Assembly: GCA_024654625.1 (NCBI GenBank)
Contig: JANLHB010000016.1
Coordinates: 128,137 to 192,136, forward strand
Direction: 5' to 3'
Origin: Patescibacteria group bacterium
Lineage (GTDB): Bacteria; Patescibacteriota; Minisyncoccia; GCA-002772825
DNA: 64,000 nt
Below are positions 28,418 to 36,317 of this stretch, one piece after another. The notes beneath the pieces are model-generated. The model worked only from the letters and a program-made list of their open reading frames with translations. It was not told where the DNA came from and searched no databases. How positions within the stretch are numbered: position 1 is the first letter of the stretch; each line of letters starts with the position of its first letter. A program made the translations under genes and the position numbers.

Positions 28418-28948
28418 ATGCAATTTTTTAATATTTTCACCACGATCAGCCCTCAAGCGATAGAAGTCGCGCTCCTTTCGGTCGTGGCTATTTTATTAAT
28501 AGGGGTGATCCTGTCGATCAGCAAACTCACTACTGGATTTTTGAAAGCACTAACTCACCTGCGTGATAGCTTCCGAGAGGAAATACGATTCTCCATCCAA
28601 CCAAAAGTTATTGAGATGTCTTTAAGCGTGGAATCATTAGTTGAACTCGCCGTAGAGGTTTGGAGAATAGAGCAACGATTGGCAAAAGTTACTTCAGGAC
28701 TTACCGATATCCAGAAGAAAGGGCTTGAGAGTTCGGTCCAAAAGCTGAAGCGATACTTGGAAAAATACGATTTAGAAATCCGAGATTATACCAATCAAAA
28801 ATTCAACGAAGGCCTGAATTTGGATATTTTGTCAGTAGAAAAGGACCCGACAATTACCGAGCCGATAGTCAAAGAGACGGTTGAGCCAACGATCATGTGC
28901 AAAGGTCAGGTCGTGAAAAAAGCCAAAATCATACTCTTGAGCAATTAA
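28418..28948 (+). CDS. Membrane-anchored GrpE-like nucleotide-exchange-factor homologue
   Basis: N-terminal transmembrane segment (ALLSVVAILLIGVILSI) and a long helix. KGLESSVQKLKRYLEKYDLEIRDYTNQKFNEGLNLDI resembles the GrpE core motif G[VL]E..x.K.L...LEK.GVE.ID..G..FDPNLHEA. The terminal CKGQVVKKAKIILL resembles the GrpE C-terminus (GY.l.drvLRpAkV.V). Confidence 0.55.
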   Translation: MQFFNIFTTISPQAIEVALLSVVAILLIGVILSISKLTTGFLKALTHLRDSFREEIRFSIQPKVIEMSLSVESLVELAVEVWRIEQRLAKVTSGLTDIQKKGLESSVQKLKRYLEKYDLEIRDYTNQKFNEGLNLDILSVEKDPTITEPIVKETVEPTIMCKGQVVKKAKIILLSN

Positions 28949-28952
28949 ACCT

Positions 28953-31469
28953 ATGTCAAAACACAACGCGCAAAACATTCAAATCGGCATCGATTTGGGG
29001 ACGACAAACTCCGAGATCGCCATTAATAATAACGGCAATGTTGAGCTGGTGAAAAATGTCTTCGGAGACGAATATACCCCGTCCGTTTTTGGAATTGATA
29101 AAGCGAAAAACAAGGTGGTTGGAAAAAGAGCATACGAGAGGTTGTACAAGGATGCTTCGGAGGATGAATTTTCAAATAACAAAGCAGAGGTAAAGCGTTT
29201 AATGGGAACTTCGGAAACTGTACGCTTCCCGAGGATCAATCAAGAAATGACCCCTGAGGAAATCTCGGCGGAAATATTAAAGAGCCTCAAGGAAGATGTA
29301 TTGAGAAAGTACCCCGATTTTGAGACACGGACCGCCGTGATCACCATCCCGGCGTATTTTTCTACTCTGCAGGCAGAGGCGACCAAGAGAGCCGGCAATC
29401 TGGCGGGATTTGAGTATGCGGTATTGCTTCAAGAACCGATAGCGGCCGCAATGGCCTACGGGTTCATGAATGCGAAAAATGAGAACTGGATCATTTATGA
29501 TCTTGGCGGCGGTACTTTCGATGTCGCGCTTATCTCGTCAAAGGACGGAGCATTGTCAGTGCTTGGCCATAATGGCGATAACTTTTTAGGGGGAAAGGAT
29601 TTTGACTGGCTGATCGTGGACAAAGTTATCGTCCCCGCAATTTTAGAAAAACACGAAATAAAAGATTTCAATCGTGGCAATTCAAAATACAGAAGCGTGT
29701 TCGCAAAGCTGAAGTATATTGCCGAGAACGCGAAAATGTATTTGTCTCAATACGAAAAAACAAACCTTGAAATAGAGGGAATCGGAGATGATGACGATAG
29801 TAACGAAATTTATGTAACCGCTGAAATGACCCGTAAAGGATTTGAGCAACTCATAAAGCCGATGGTTGACCGAACAGTTGAGCTCGCTAAAGAGACAATC
29901 CAAGAGTCCGGGGTCAAACAATCGACTATTCACAAGATCATATTAGTAGGCGGTCCGACCCAAATCCCTTACATTAAAGACCGCTTGAATCGAGAATTTA
30001 AAATTACAGTCGATGCATCCGTAGACCCCTTGACGGTGGTTGCCCGCGGCGCATGCATATTTGCCGTCAGTCAGCGAATCCCCAAAGAATTCCTCAAGGA
30101 AAAGAAAGTGGCCGCTGGCGTGAAAACGCTGACGCTGAACTACGAATCGCTCACATCGGAAGAAGAAGTAACTGTGAGCGGTGTAGTCGAGCAACTGAAA
30201 AATTCAGATGATGAATATTATATTCAAATCCAAAGCGAGAGTGGATTCTATAGCGGATCGAAAATTAAGTTGAAGGGCGGCAAATTCTTCGACACGATTG
30301 CACTCGAACCGCACAAGACCAGCCTCTTCTGGGTTTACTTATTTGATAAGGATGGAAACTCTGTGCAAGTTGATCCCGATTCTTTCTCCATCACTCATGG
30401 ACTTTCCGTAACCGGCGCACCAATACCGCACTCTATCGGTGTTGCCGTAGCAAAAAGAGATATGAGCAGTGGCTTTGCTCTTACTGAAATGTTTGAGCCG
30501 TTCTTCGAAAAAAACAGCGTTCTGCCCCTACGGACCACCAAAACATATAAGACGGTAAAGAGATTGAAAAAGGGAGATACCGAAAATGCTTTGCCAATTA
30601 AGGTATACGAGGGAGAATCCGAAACACCAGACCGCAATCACATTATTTGCGACCTTAAGATCACGGGAGAAAATTTGCCGTATGACCTGCCAGACGGCAC
30701 CGAAGTGGAGATCAAGATAGAGGTCAATGAATCGAGAGAAGTAACGGTTGAAGCTTTTATTCCAACTATCGACTTATCTCTTAACGCGCGAGCCACAATC
30801 CACGCCGAAGATATTGATGTCAAGCAGATGGAGTCCGATCTCAATGCCCAACGGGAACGCATAAAAACCATTGAGGCGAACTGTACGGCGGAAGAAAAAG
30901 CAAAACTGGAAAACACTGTTCAATCAGTGAATACGAGCATAGGCAACGCCCACATCGATCAGGACGAAAAGCGGAAAGCGCACACACACCTGAAAGCTTT
31001 GAAAGTTAAGCTCGATCAGATCGAAAAAGCGAAAGAATTGCCGCAACTTACTAAAGAATTCAATGAGGGCATTGCTGATGTCCAGAAGGTCGTTGAAACA
31101 CTCGGCGATGAGAAAGAGAAGGGCATGAATAATGACCAGCTAAAAACGCTGAAAGAAGAAGGCGAAAGAGCTATCGAAAGTAAAGATAAATACTTACTCA
31201 TGCGAGTTAACGAACAGATCAAAGAGCTGGGCATACGGGTGGCATTGGCTAACCCGGCCATGTGGGTATACCACTTTGAGAAACTCACGACGGAAAACCA
31301 TGCTTTCCTAAGCGAGAAGGAGGCGAGCTATTACATTTCTAAAGGGAAACGCGCGATAGAACTGGGCGATGTCGATGAACTCAAGAGGTGCGTCCATAGT
31401 TTGATGCTTCTGCTCCCGCCAGAAGAACAGGAAGCGATCCGCGGCAATCTTTCCGGCATCACTCACTAA
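28953..31469 (+). CDS. Divergent Hsp70 (DnaK-family) paralogue of 838 aa, with an insertion between the nucleotide-binding and substrate-binding domains and an extended helical C-terminus
   Basis: IGIDLGTTNSEIAI (Hsp70 signature 1 region), DLGGGTFDVALI (signature 2) and ILVGGPTQIPYIKDRL (signature 3 region). A substrate-binding beta-domain-like stretch is IKVYEGESETPDRNHIICDLKITGENLPYDLPDGTEVEIKIEVNESREVTVEAF. About 150 extra residues separate the NBD and SBD. Confidence 0.85.
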   Translation: MSKHNAQNIQIGIDLGTTNSEIAINNNGNVELVKNVFGDEYTPSVFGIDKAKNKVVGKRAYERLYKDASEDEFSNNKAEVKRLMGTSETVRFPRINQEMTPEEISAEILKSLKEDVLRKYPDFETRTAVITIPAYFSTLQAEATKRAGNLAGFEYAVLLQEPIAAAMAYGFMNAKNENWIIYDLGGGTFDVALISSKDGALSVLGHNGDNFLGGKDFDWLIVDKVIVPAILEKHEIKDFNRGNSKYRSVFAKLKYIAENAKMYLSQYEKTNLEIEGIGDDDDSNEIYVTAEMTRKGFEQLIKPMVDRTVELAKETIQESGVKQSTIHKIILVGGPTQIPYIKDRLNREFKITVDASVDPLTVVARGACIFAVSQRIPKEFLKEKKVAAGVKTLTLNYESLTSEEEVTVSGVVEQLKNSDDEYYIQIQSESGFYSGSKIKLKGGKFFDTIALEPHKTSLFWVYLFDKDGNSVQVDPDSFSITHGLSVTGAPIPHSIGVAVAKRDMSSGFALTEMFEPFFEKNSVLPLRTTKTYKTVKRLKKGDTENALPIKVYEGESETPDRNHIICDLKITGENLPYDLPDGTEVEIKIEVNESREVTVEAFIPTIDLSLNARATIHAEDIDVKQMESDLNAQRERIKTIEANCTAEEKAKLENTVQSVNTSIGNAHIDQDEKRKAHTHLKALKVKLDQIEKAKELPQLTKEFNEGIADVQKVVETLGDEKEKGMNNDQLKTLKEEGERAIESKDKYLLMRVNEQIKELGIRVALANPAMWVYHFEKLTTENHAFLSEKEASYYISKGKRAIELGDVDELKRCVHSLMLLLPPEEQEAIRGNLSGITH

Positions 31470-31470
31470 T

Positions 31471-33105
31471 ATGCCCAAAACACTCAAAAACAATTCATAC
31501 CACATTCTGGGACTTGATACTTCTGTAAGCCAGAGGGATGTTTTGAAGCGATCAAAGGAAATTATCAATCGCCTCAAGATTGACGATTTACCAGTGTATG
31601 ATCTGGACTTGGATATTTTTGAGGATTTCCGAACGGAGGAGTCGGTAAAGGAAGCGGTCCAAAAATTATCCGCGCCCAAAAAGAGAATCAAAGAATATTT
31701 CTTCTGGTTTCAAATTGCGGATAGCGTTGACGAGCAAGCGGCCGGCCTTCTCAAGAGCAAGAATTATGCCGAAGCGAGCCGAGTTTGGGAGCACAACTCG
31801 GAGAAAGATACTGCGAAGTCGTTTCTATACAAAAAGAACCTTGCTATTTTGCACTGCCTGCTACTTTTCAAAAAGAACAGCAAAACAAATCTCACGCAAT
31901 CGATGAAGATTTGGAAAGAACTTCTTGACTCCGATAAGTTTTGGAACGCATTCGCCAAAGTATATAAGCTTCATGACGAACTTGGCACAAGCCAGGAGAT
32001 CATAGATGAGTTTAAATCAAACGCCATCTCTTATGTGGCGGATATTTATACTGAACTCGGGCATTTCCACAATGATAATTCGTATGTCGCGGAAAGCTCC
32101 AAGATTCTTGAAGCCAAAGGGGCGGCAACAGAAAAAACTGTCCTGAATCCAATCTATCAGAGCATCGCAGAGGTGGTGGATCAATTGGAATCGTTGAAGG
32201 TTAGCGAGGACGGGATGATTGATAAAAAGGAAGCGCAGACGATCAAGACGCTGATCGGGAAACTTCAAGGTGAGTTCAACAAGCTTATTGAGATAGGCCT
32301 GTACGAAGATAGCCAATCCAAAGCGATCAGGGATAGAGCCGCAAACGCCATTCGAGTCGTTGTGCTGGATTTGCATAATAATCTCAGCGAGACAGACAAG
32401 GCAATTGCATTAATGAATGTTGCATTAAAGATTTCCGGCACCGCCGGCCTTGAGTCAAAGGTAAAACATGATATCCGGGTACTCGAAGAAACAAAGAAAA
32501 ATGCTGGCCTTATTGCTCCTGTTGCCAATCTGGTAGCCGAAGAAAAATATGAAGAGGCGTTGAGACAGATTGAATCAGATAGGAAAAAGTTCAGTGGCAA
32601 TGCCGAATTGCAGGAATTTTACGATGGACAGAAAAAGCTCTGCATAAGCATGCTTGCACTAAATAAATACAAACAAGCCCGGGATTATTTTGATAAACAG
32701 CAAGAAGATAAAGCAAAGCCGTTATTTGATGAAGCGGGCAAGCTGATTCATGACAACATTAATCTCTTCAACTTTAATAATAAAGTTATTGACGAGATGG
32801 TTGAGGAGATTAAATCCAACATGGCAAAAGTGAATCTCAATAACTTGAGTCAATTTGACGAATACAGAAATTCTTACATCAATCTTGCGAAAGAAAAATT
32901 TGAGGGCCAGCTTGAGCAGGGAGCCTTTATCGTGCTGATCGACGCTCACATCTATGGCGGCTTAACTGGATTCATGAAAGGGGCGCGGCAAAAGAACAAT
33001 GTGGCCAATATTTTATATACCCTCGGATGGATAACTGTCTGGTTTTATGGGATCGGCCTGATTTTCTTCATAGCCGGCTGGGTTTACAAAAATCGAAATA
33101 CATAA
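31471..33105 (+). CDS. J-domain-like co-chaperone homologue lacking the HPD tripeptide, with a long helical region and two C-terminal transmembrane segments
   Basis: The N-terminus NSYHILGLDTSVSQRDVLKRSKEIINRLKIDD aligns with J-domain helices I-II (Y.iLGv....s..ei.kaYrkl..k.HPD), but IDD replaces HPD. The C-terminus (ILYTLGWITVWFYGIGLIFFIAGWVY) is hydrophobic. Confidence 0.5.
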   Translation: MPKTLKNNSYHILGLDTSVSQRDVLKRSKEIINRLKIDDLPVYDLDLDIFEDFRTEESVKEAVQKLSAPKKRIKEYFFWFQIADSVDEQAAGLLKSKNYAEASRVWEHNSEKDTAKSFLYKKNLAILHCLLLFKKNSKTNLTQSMKIWKELLDSDKFWNAFAKVYKLHDELGTSQEIIDEFKSNAISYVADIYTELGHFHNDNSYVAESSKILEAKGAATEKTVLNPIYQSIAEVVDQLESLKVSEDGMIDKKEAQTIKTLIGKLQGEFNKLIEIGLYEDSQSKAIRDRAANAIRVVVLDLHNNLSETDKAIALMNVALKISGTAGLESKVKHDIRVLEETKKNAGLIAPVANLVAEEKYEEALRQIESDRKKFSGNAELQEFYDGQKKLCISMLALNKYKQARDYFDKQQEDKAKPLFDEAGKLIHDNINLFNFNNKVIDEMVEEIKSNMAKVNLNNLSQFDEYRNSYINLAKEKFEGQLEQGAFIVLIDAHIYGGLTGFMKGARQKNNVANILYTLGWITVWFYGIGLIFFIAGWVYKNRNT

Positions 33106-33109
33106 ATTT

Positions 33110-33808
33110 ATGTCTGACAAAGAACGATTAAAATTTGATCTTGATTTTTTAGAGAAAGAACAGGAAAAACCTGCCGATGCAAAGCCGGCAGAGGTTCACA
33201 AACCGGCCGAGACGACCGGCGAGAAGTTACCCCTTATCGAATACATAAAAGCGATTTTTAAGGACTTCCCGGCATTTTGCAATAAATATCTTCGGGTAAA
33301 AAATCCGCCCTATCTGTTCTTTATTATCTGGGCTGTTGGAGTGGCAACTGCTATTGATCGAATGAGCGACTACGGGGGCAGTACTTGGCTCGAAGTTTGG
33401 GCTATCGTTTTAATCGGTGGACTCGTAGCGGGGTATTTGCAATATTGGATCGGTGGCGCAATTTATCACTTGCGGGTCAAGTGGTCGAAAGGCGGCGACA
33501 ATTATGATGCATCCAGAAACATCAATATGTTTTCTGGGATACCAGTTGCGATCGCCAGCATTGGCTCCTTACTTCTGAATACAATTGTTTATGGGAATGA
33601 TTACTTTAAATCCGGCGAGGGCAATTCTTTGGATATACTGTTCTTCTTTGTAATAGTCACCGCGATAGCATACTCCATTCGATTAAGCTACAAAGGAGTC
33701 ATGTTTATTCAGCAAACAGAGAAAACCAGAGCCATGATTTGGTTTGTCGTATTGCCGGCAATTTTCTATGTTTTGATATTTTCGGCCGCAATTTTTAATA
33801 AACTATGA
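33110..33808 (+). CDS. Polytopic membrane protein (Yip1-like topology) with the N-terminal MSDKERLKFDLDFLEKE motif
   Basis: 232 aa with four to five predicted transmembrane helices after a charged N-terminus. The N-terminal peptide is shared with the next gene. Confidence 0.55.
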   Translation: MSDKERLKFDLDFLEKEQEKPADAKPAEVHKPAETTGEKLPLIEYIKAIFKDFPAFCNKYLRVKNPPYLFFIIWAVGVATAIDRMSDYGGSTWLEVWAIVLIGGLVAGYLQYWIGGAIYHLRVKWSKGGDNYDASRNINMFSGIPVAIASIGSLLLNTIVYGNDYFKSGEGNSLDILFFFVIVTAIAYSIRLSYKGVMFIQQTEKTRAMIWFVVLPAIFYVLIFSAAIFNKL

Positions 33809-34416
33809 GCGATAAAGATAAAAAGTTAGATTTTGATCTGAGGTTTCTGGACGAGGAATCGCCTAAACCGAAACAAGCGATTCGAAAGGATCGCGCAAAA
33901 CCACAATCAGAGACCGCCAGCTCAATTAACTGGAATTGGAAAACAATATCGATAATTGCCGGCGTAATCATAGTGATAATTTGGATCGCTTCTTCGGAAG
34001 ATAGCACTACGCCAACATCAACTTATACGCCGCCGAGCACTAATCAAGTCAGAAACATATCTGCCGATGACGATAGTGTTGAATACGGAGAATATAGATG
34101 CTCGCGATACCATTATGATAAAGCTGTTGCGCTGTCTCCGAGCGAAAGCGAGCAAACCTTAAATAGCGCACAATTTTCTATGGATACTCGAGCCAGCGAA
34201 TTGGAGCGATTGCAAAGAGAAATCGAGTACAGTGATGTCAACGATTATTCGTCACAATGGGAAATCGATGACTACAACGAAAAAGTAAATACATATAATT
34301 ACAAACTCACTTCTTACAAACGAGATGCCACTGCACTTGACTCTCGCATCGATAGGTTTAATGCTCAAGTAGCGGTCCACAATAATTATCTCACTCAAAA
34401 TTGCACACCAAGATAA
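33805..34416 (+). CDS. Single-pass membrane protein with an extracytoplasmic domain and the N-terminal MSDKDKKLDFDLRFLDEE motif
   Basis: 203 aa with one transmembrane segment (ISIIAGVIIVIIWIA). The start overlaps the upstream stop (ATGA), and it shares the N-terminal motif with 33110-33808. Confidence 0.55.
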   Translation: MSDKDKKLDFDLRFLDEESPKPKQAIRKDRAKPQSETASSINWNWKTISIIAGVIIVIIWIASSEDSTTPTSTYTPPSTNQVRNISADDDSVEYGEYRCSRYHYDKAVALSPSESEQTLNSAQFSMDTRASELERLQREIEYSDVNDYSSQWEIDDYNEKVNTYNYKLTSYKRDATALDSRIDRFNAQVAVHNNYLTQNCTPR

Positions 34417-35501
34417 AAAATATGTCAGCACCAACCAAACCAATTTTATACAACAGCTTCAAGATTAAAGAAGGACTCACGATTAAAAATCGTGTAGAGA
34501 AGGTATTCTTTACCGAAGTATATCAGTTGTCAGATGACAGCTACTTTTACTTACTTTTGAACATTAAGCCGAATGAGATTGTAGACAGAGGTAAAAAATA
34601 CGAACTTATAAAAGTACAGCATGGCGGCAACGAATATGTCGGTATTATTACCAAAGAACATTCTCACGAAAAGGTCACTCAGATTATTGAGGATCTGACG
34701 GTTATGCGAGGTTTTGATTGTGTTGCCGGCATGAAGGAATTGAAAGCCCTTCTAATCAATGATGTAATCAGCCCACTTTTGCACCCTGAAAAATTCAAGA
34801 AGTTTAAATTATCGATTCCGAACGGAATTTTGCTCTTCGGACCGCCCGGCTGTGGCAAAACTTTTATTGTTAGAAAACTCGCGGAAGAAATGAGTTACAA
34901 TTTTATTGAGCTAAAACCCTCTGATGTGGCTACGCCTTATGTGCATGGCGCCGTTTCGAATATTGCCAAGGTTTTCGAAATGGCGAAGTTAAAAGCACCC
35001 TCAATTATTTTTATAGATGAGATCGAGGGATTGCTTCCCAAGAGAGAAGAATTGAGCTCCAGCGCGGACATTAAGAAAGAGGAGATCAATCAATTCTTAA
35101 TGGAGTTGAATGATGCCGGCAATAACAAGATTTTGGTTGTCGGAGCGACAAATCGTCCTCATATGATCGACACCGCAATCTTGCGATCAGGGAGAATGGA
35201 CAAGCGAATCTATGTGCCGCCGCCAGATTTTGAGGCGCGCAATGAATTATTCAAAATTTCTTTGTCCGGCCGGCCGTATGATAAAAATATCGACTTCGAA
35301 AAGTTGGCCAAGCTAACAGAAAACTTTGTAAGTTCCGATGTAGAGTTGATTGTTACGGAAGCGGCTCGTGCCGCTGTAGCCGGGAACATGGCTCTCATTG
35401 ATGAAAAACTAATCCGCACAATTATAGAAAGATTCACTCCCTCTGTGACAGAGGAGCAGGTTGAATATTACGAGCAGTTCAGAAATCTTGAGCGTTCGTA
35501 G
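34401..35501 (+). CDS. AAA+ ATPase (classical AAA clade)
   Basis: Walker A GILLFGPPGCGKTF, Walker B IIFIDEIEGL and second region of homology GATNRPHMIDTAILRSGRMDKRIYV. The start overlaps the upstream gene. Confidence 0.85.
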   Translation: MHTKIKNMSAPTKPILYNSFKIKEGLTIKNRVEKVFFTEVYQLSDDSYFYLLLNIKPNEIVDRGKKYELIKVQHGGNEYVGIITKEHSHEKVTQIIEDLTVMRGFDCVAGMKELKALLINDVISPLLHPEKFKKFKLSIPNGILLFGPPGCGKTFIVRKLAEEMSYNFIELKPSDVATPYVHGAVSNIAKVFEMAKLKAPSIIFIDEIEGLLPKREELSSSADIKKEEINQFLMELNDAGNNKILVVGATNRPHMIDTAILRSGRMDKRIYVPPPDFEARNELFKISLSGRPYDKNIDFEKLAKLTENFVSSDVELIVTEAARAAVAGNMALIDEKLIRTIIERFTPSVTEEQVEYYEQFRNLERS

Positions 35502-35810
35502 TTAAACCTTTTTGAGCGATTTGAAAAATACCGCCGCCACTACCAAATCAACAACCGACCAAAGGAAGTGACCAAAGTAAAATGGATTGATTGGGTTAAA
35601 GATAATTGCGACAACTATCATGACCCACATCCATTTTTTATTTTTATCTAAATGAAAGGTATACGCAGAGTAAGCCGCAGTGCCGAAAATCAAAAATTTC
35701 AAGAGCTGATAAAAAAAATACGGCCAGATTGGAATCATCGCGATCAACAGCGCTACGGCCGATAGTTTGGAGAATAAGTTTTTATAGTGTGTCTGTTCGG
35801 CGGTTATCAT
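35502..35810 (-). CDS. Small polytopic membrane protein
   Basis: 102 aa with three hydrophobic helices. It is convergent with the AAA gene. Confidence 0.45.
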   Translation of the reverse strand: MITAEQTHYKNLFSKLSAVALLIAMIPIWPYFFYQLLKFLIFGTAAYSAYTFHLDKNKKWMWVMIVVAIIFNPINPFYFGHFLWSVVDLVVAAVFFKSLKKV

Positions 35811-35909
35811 ACGAGCATCTTAACAAGATTCGTCCCTTTTCACCAATAAAAGGCCAAAAAAAGATTAAAAGAATCTAAAATAAAGATAAAGAAAAAATAA
35901 AGCCCATCG

Positions 35910-35938
35910 TTGACCACCATGAAGAAATGGTGTAGTAT
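35910..35938 (+). promoter_or_regulatory. Near-consensus sigma70-type promoter: TTGACC, a 17-nt spacer, then TAGTAT
   Basis: -35 at 35910-35915 and -10 at 35933-35938 with an exact 17-bp spacer, inside an A-rich intergenic region. Confidence 0.5.
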
Positions 35939-35944
35939 ATTGCT

Positions 35945-36293
35945 AACCCCAGAAGCCCAGAATAGTTATCCACTATTGCTCGGTTGACTCATCTGGACGA
36001 TTAGCATAGGGGTTGTGTTGAAGGCCAAAGTCGAGCCTTCACAGCAAACTTACAACTGCATATAACAAATCCGTTTCCCGAAAGGGAATCAATTCCGCGA
36101 AAGCGGAAATGAGTTGGAGCACGGAGTTGGCTAGCTACTGAAGTTGCTTAATGTGGGCGAAGGCTTCCATTAAACCGATTTTTGTAGTATCATAATCATG
36201 CCATGCCCTTTTGCAAAAGGGCGGCATGGAAATCCTGCCGCAAGGTTAGGTACAAGGCCACCCGTGAGCTCCAACTCTGGGTGGTTTTGTTTT
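35945..36293 (+). ncRNA. Unassigned structured RNA of ~350 nt between a strong promoter and an intrinsic terminator, immediately upstream of the tyrosine recombinase. Identity unknown; tmRNA and other classes were not confirmed.
   Basis: No ORF longer than 60 codons. GC-rich stem-forming segments are present (catgccc...gggcggcatgg, gcggca...tgccgc). It ends at hairpin CCACCC-N15-GGGTGG followed by TTTTGTTTT (36258-36293). Confidence 0.4.
36258..36293 (+). terminator. Intrinsic terminator (CCACCC ... GGGTGG followed by TTTTGTTTT)
   Basis: 6-bp GC stem followed by a T-tract, 25 nt upstream of the recombinase ATG. Confidence 0.45.
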
Positions 36294-36317
36294 ATGCACC
36301 TTACAACTTAAAAAAAT

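Noticed and set aside
28953-31469. Interpreting the Hsp70 gene as the ordinary housekeeping dnaK
   Set aside because: Several features argue for a specialised paralogue: the 838-aa length and NBD-SBD insertion, the tethered GrpE-like and HPD-less J-like partners, the lack of an hrcA/CIRCE element (TTAGCACTC-N9-GAGTGCTAA not found upstream) and the defence-island location. This cannot be excluded without the rest of the genome.
35945-36293. Assignment of the ~350-nt RNA as tmRNA (ssrA)
   Set aside because: The size and the adjacent integrase are suggestive. However, I could not find a tRNA-like acceptor or T-arm (GTTCRANYC), a CCA end, or a tag ORF ending in a hydrophobic ...AA stop. The 3' end is a terminator hairpin instead. 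The feature is kept only as an unassigned ncRNA.
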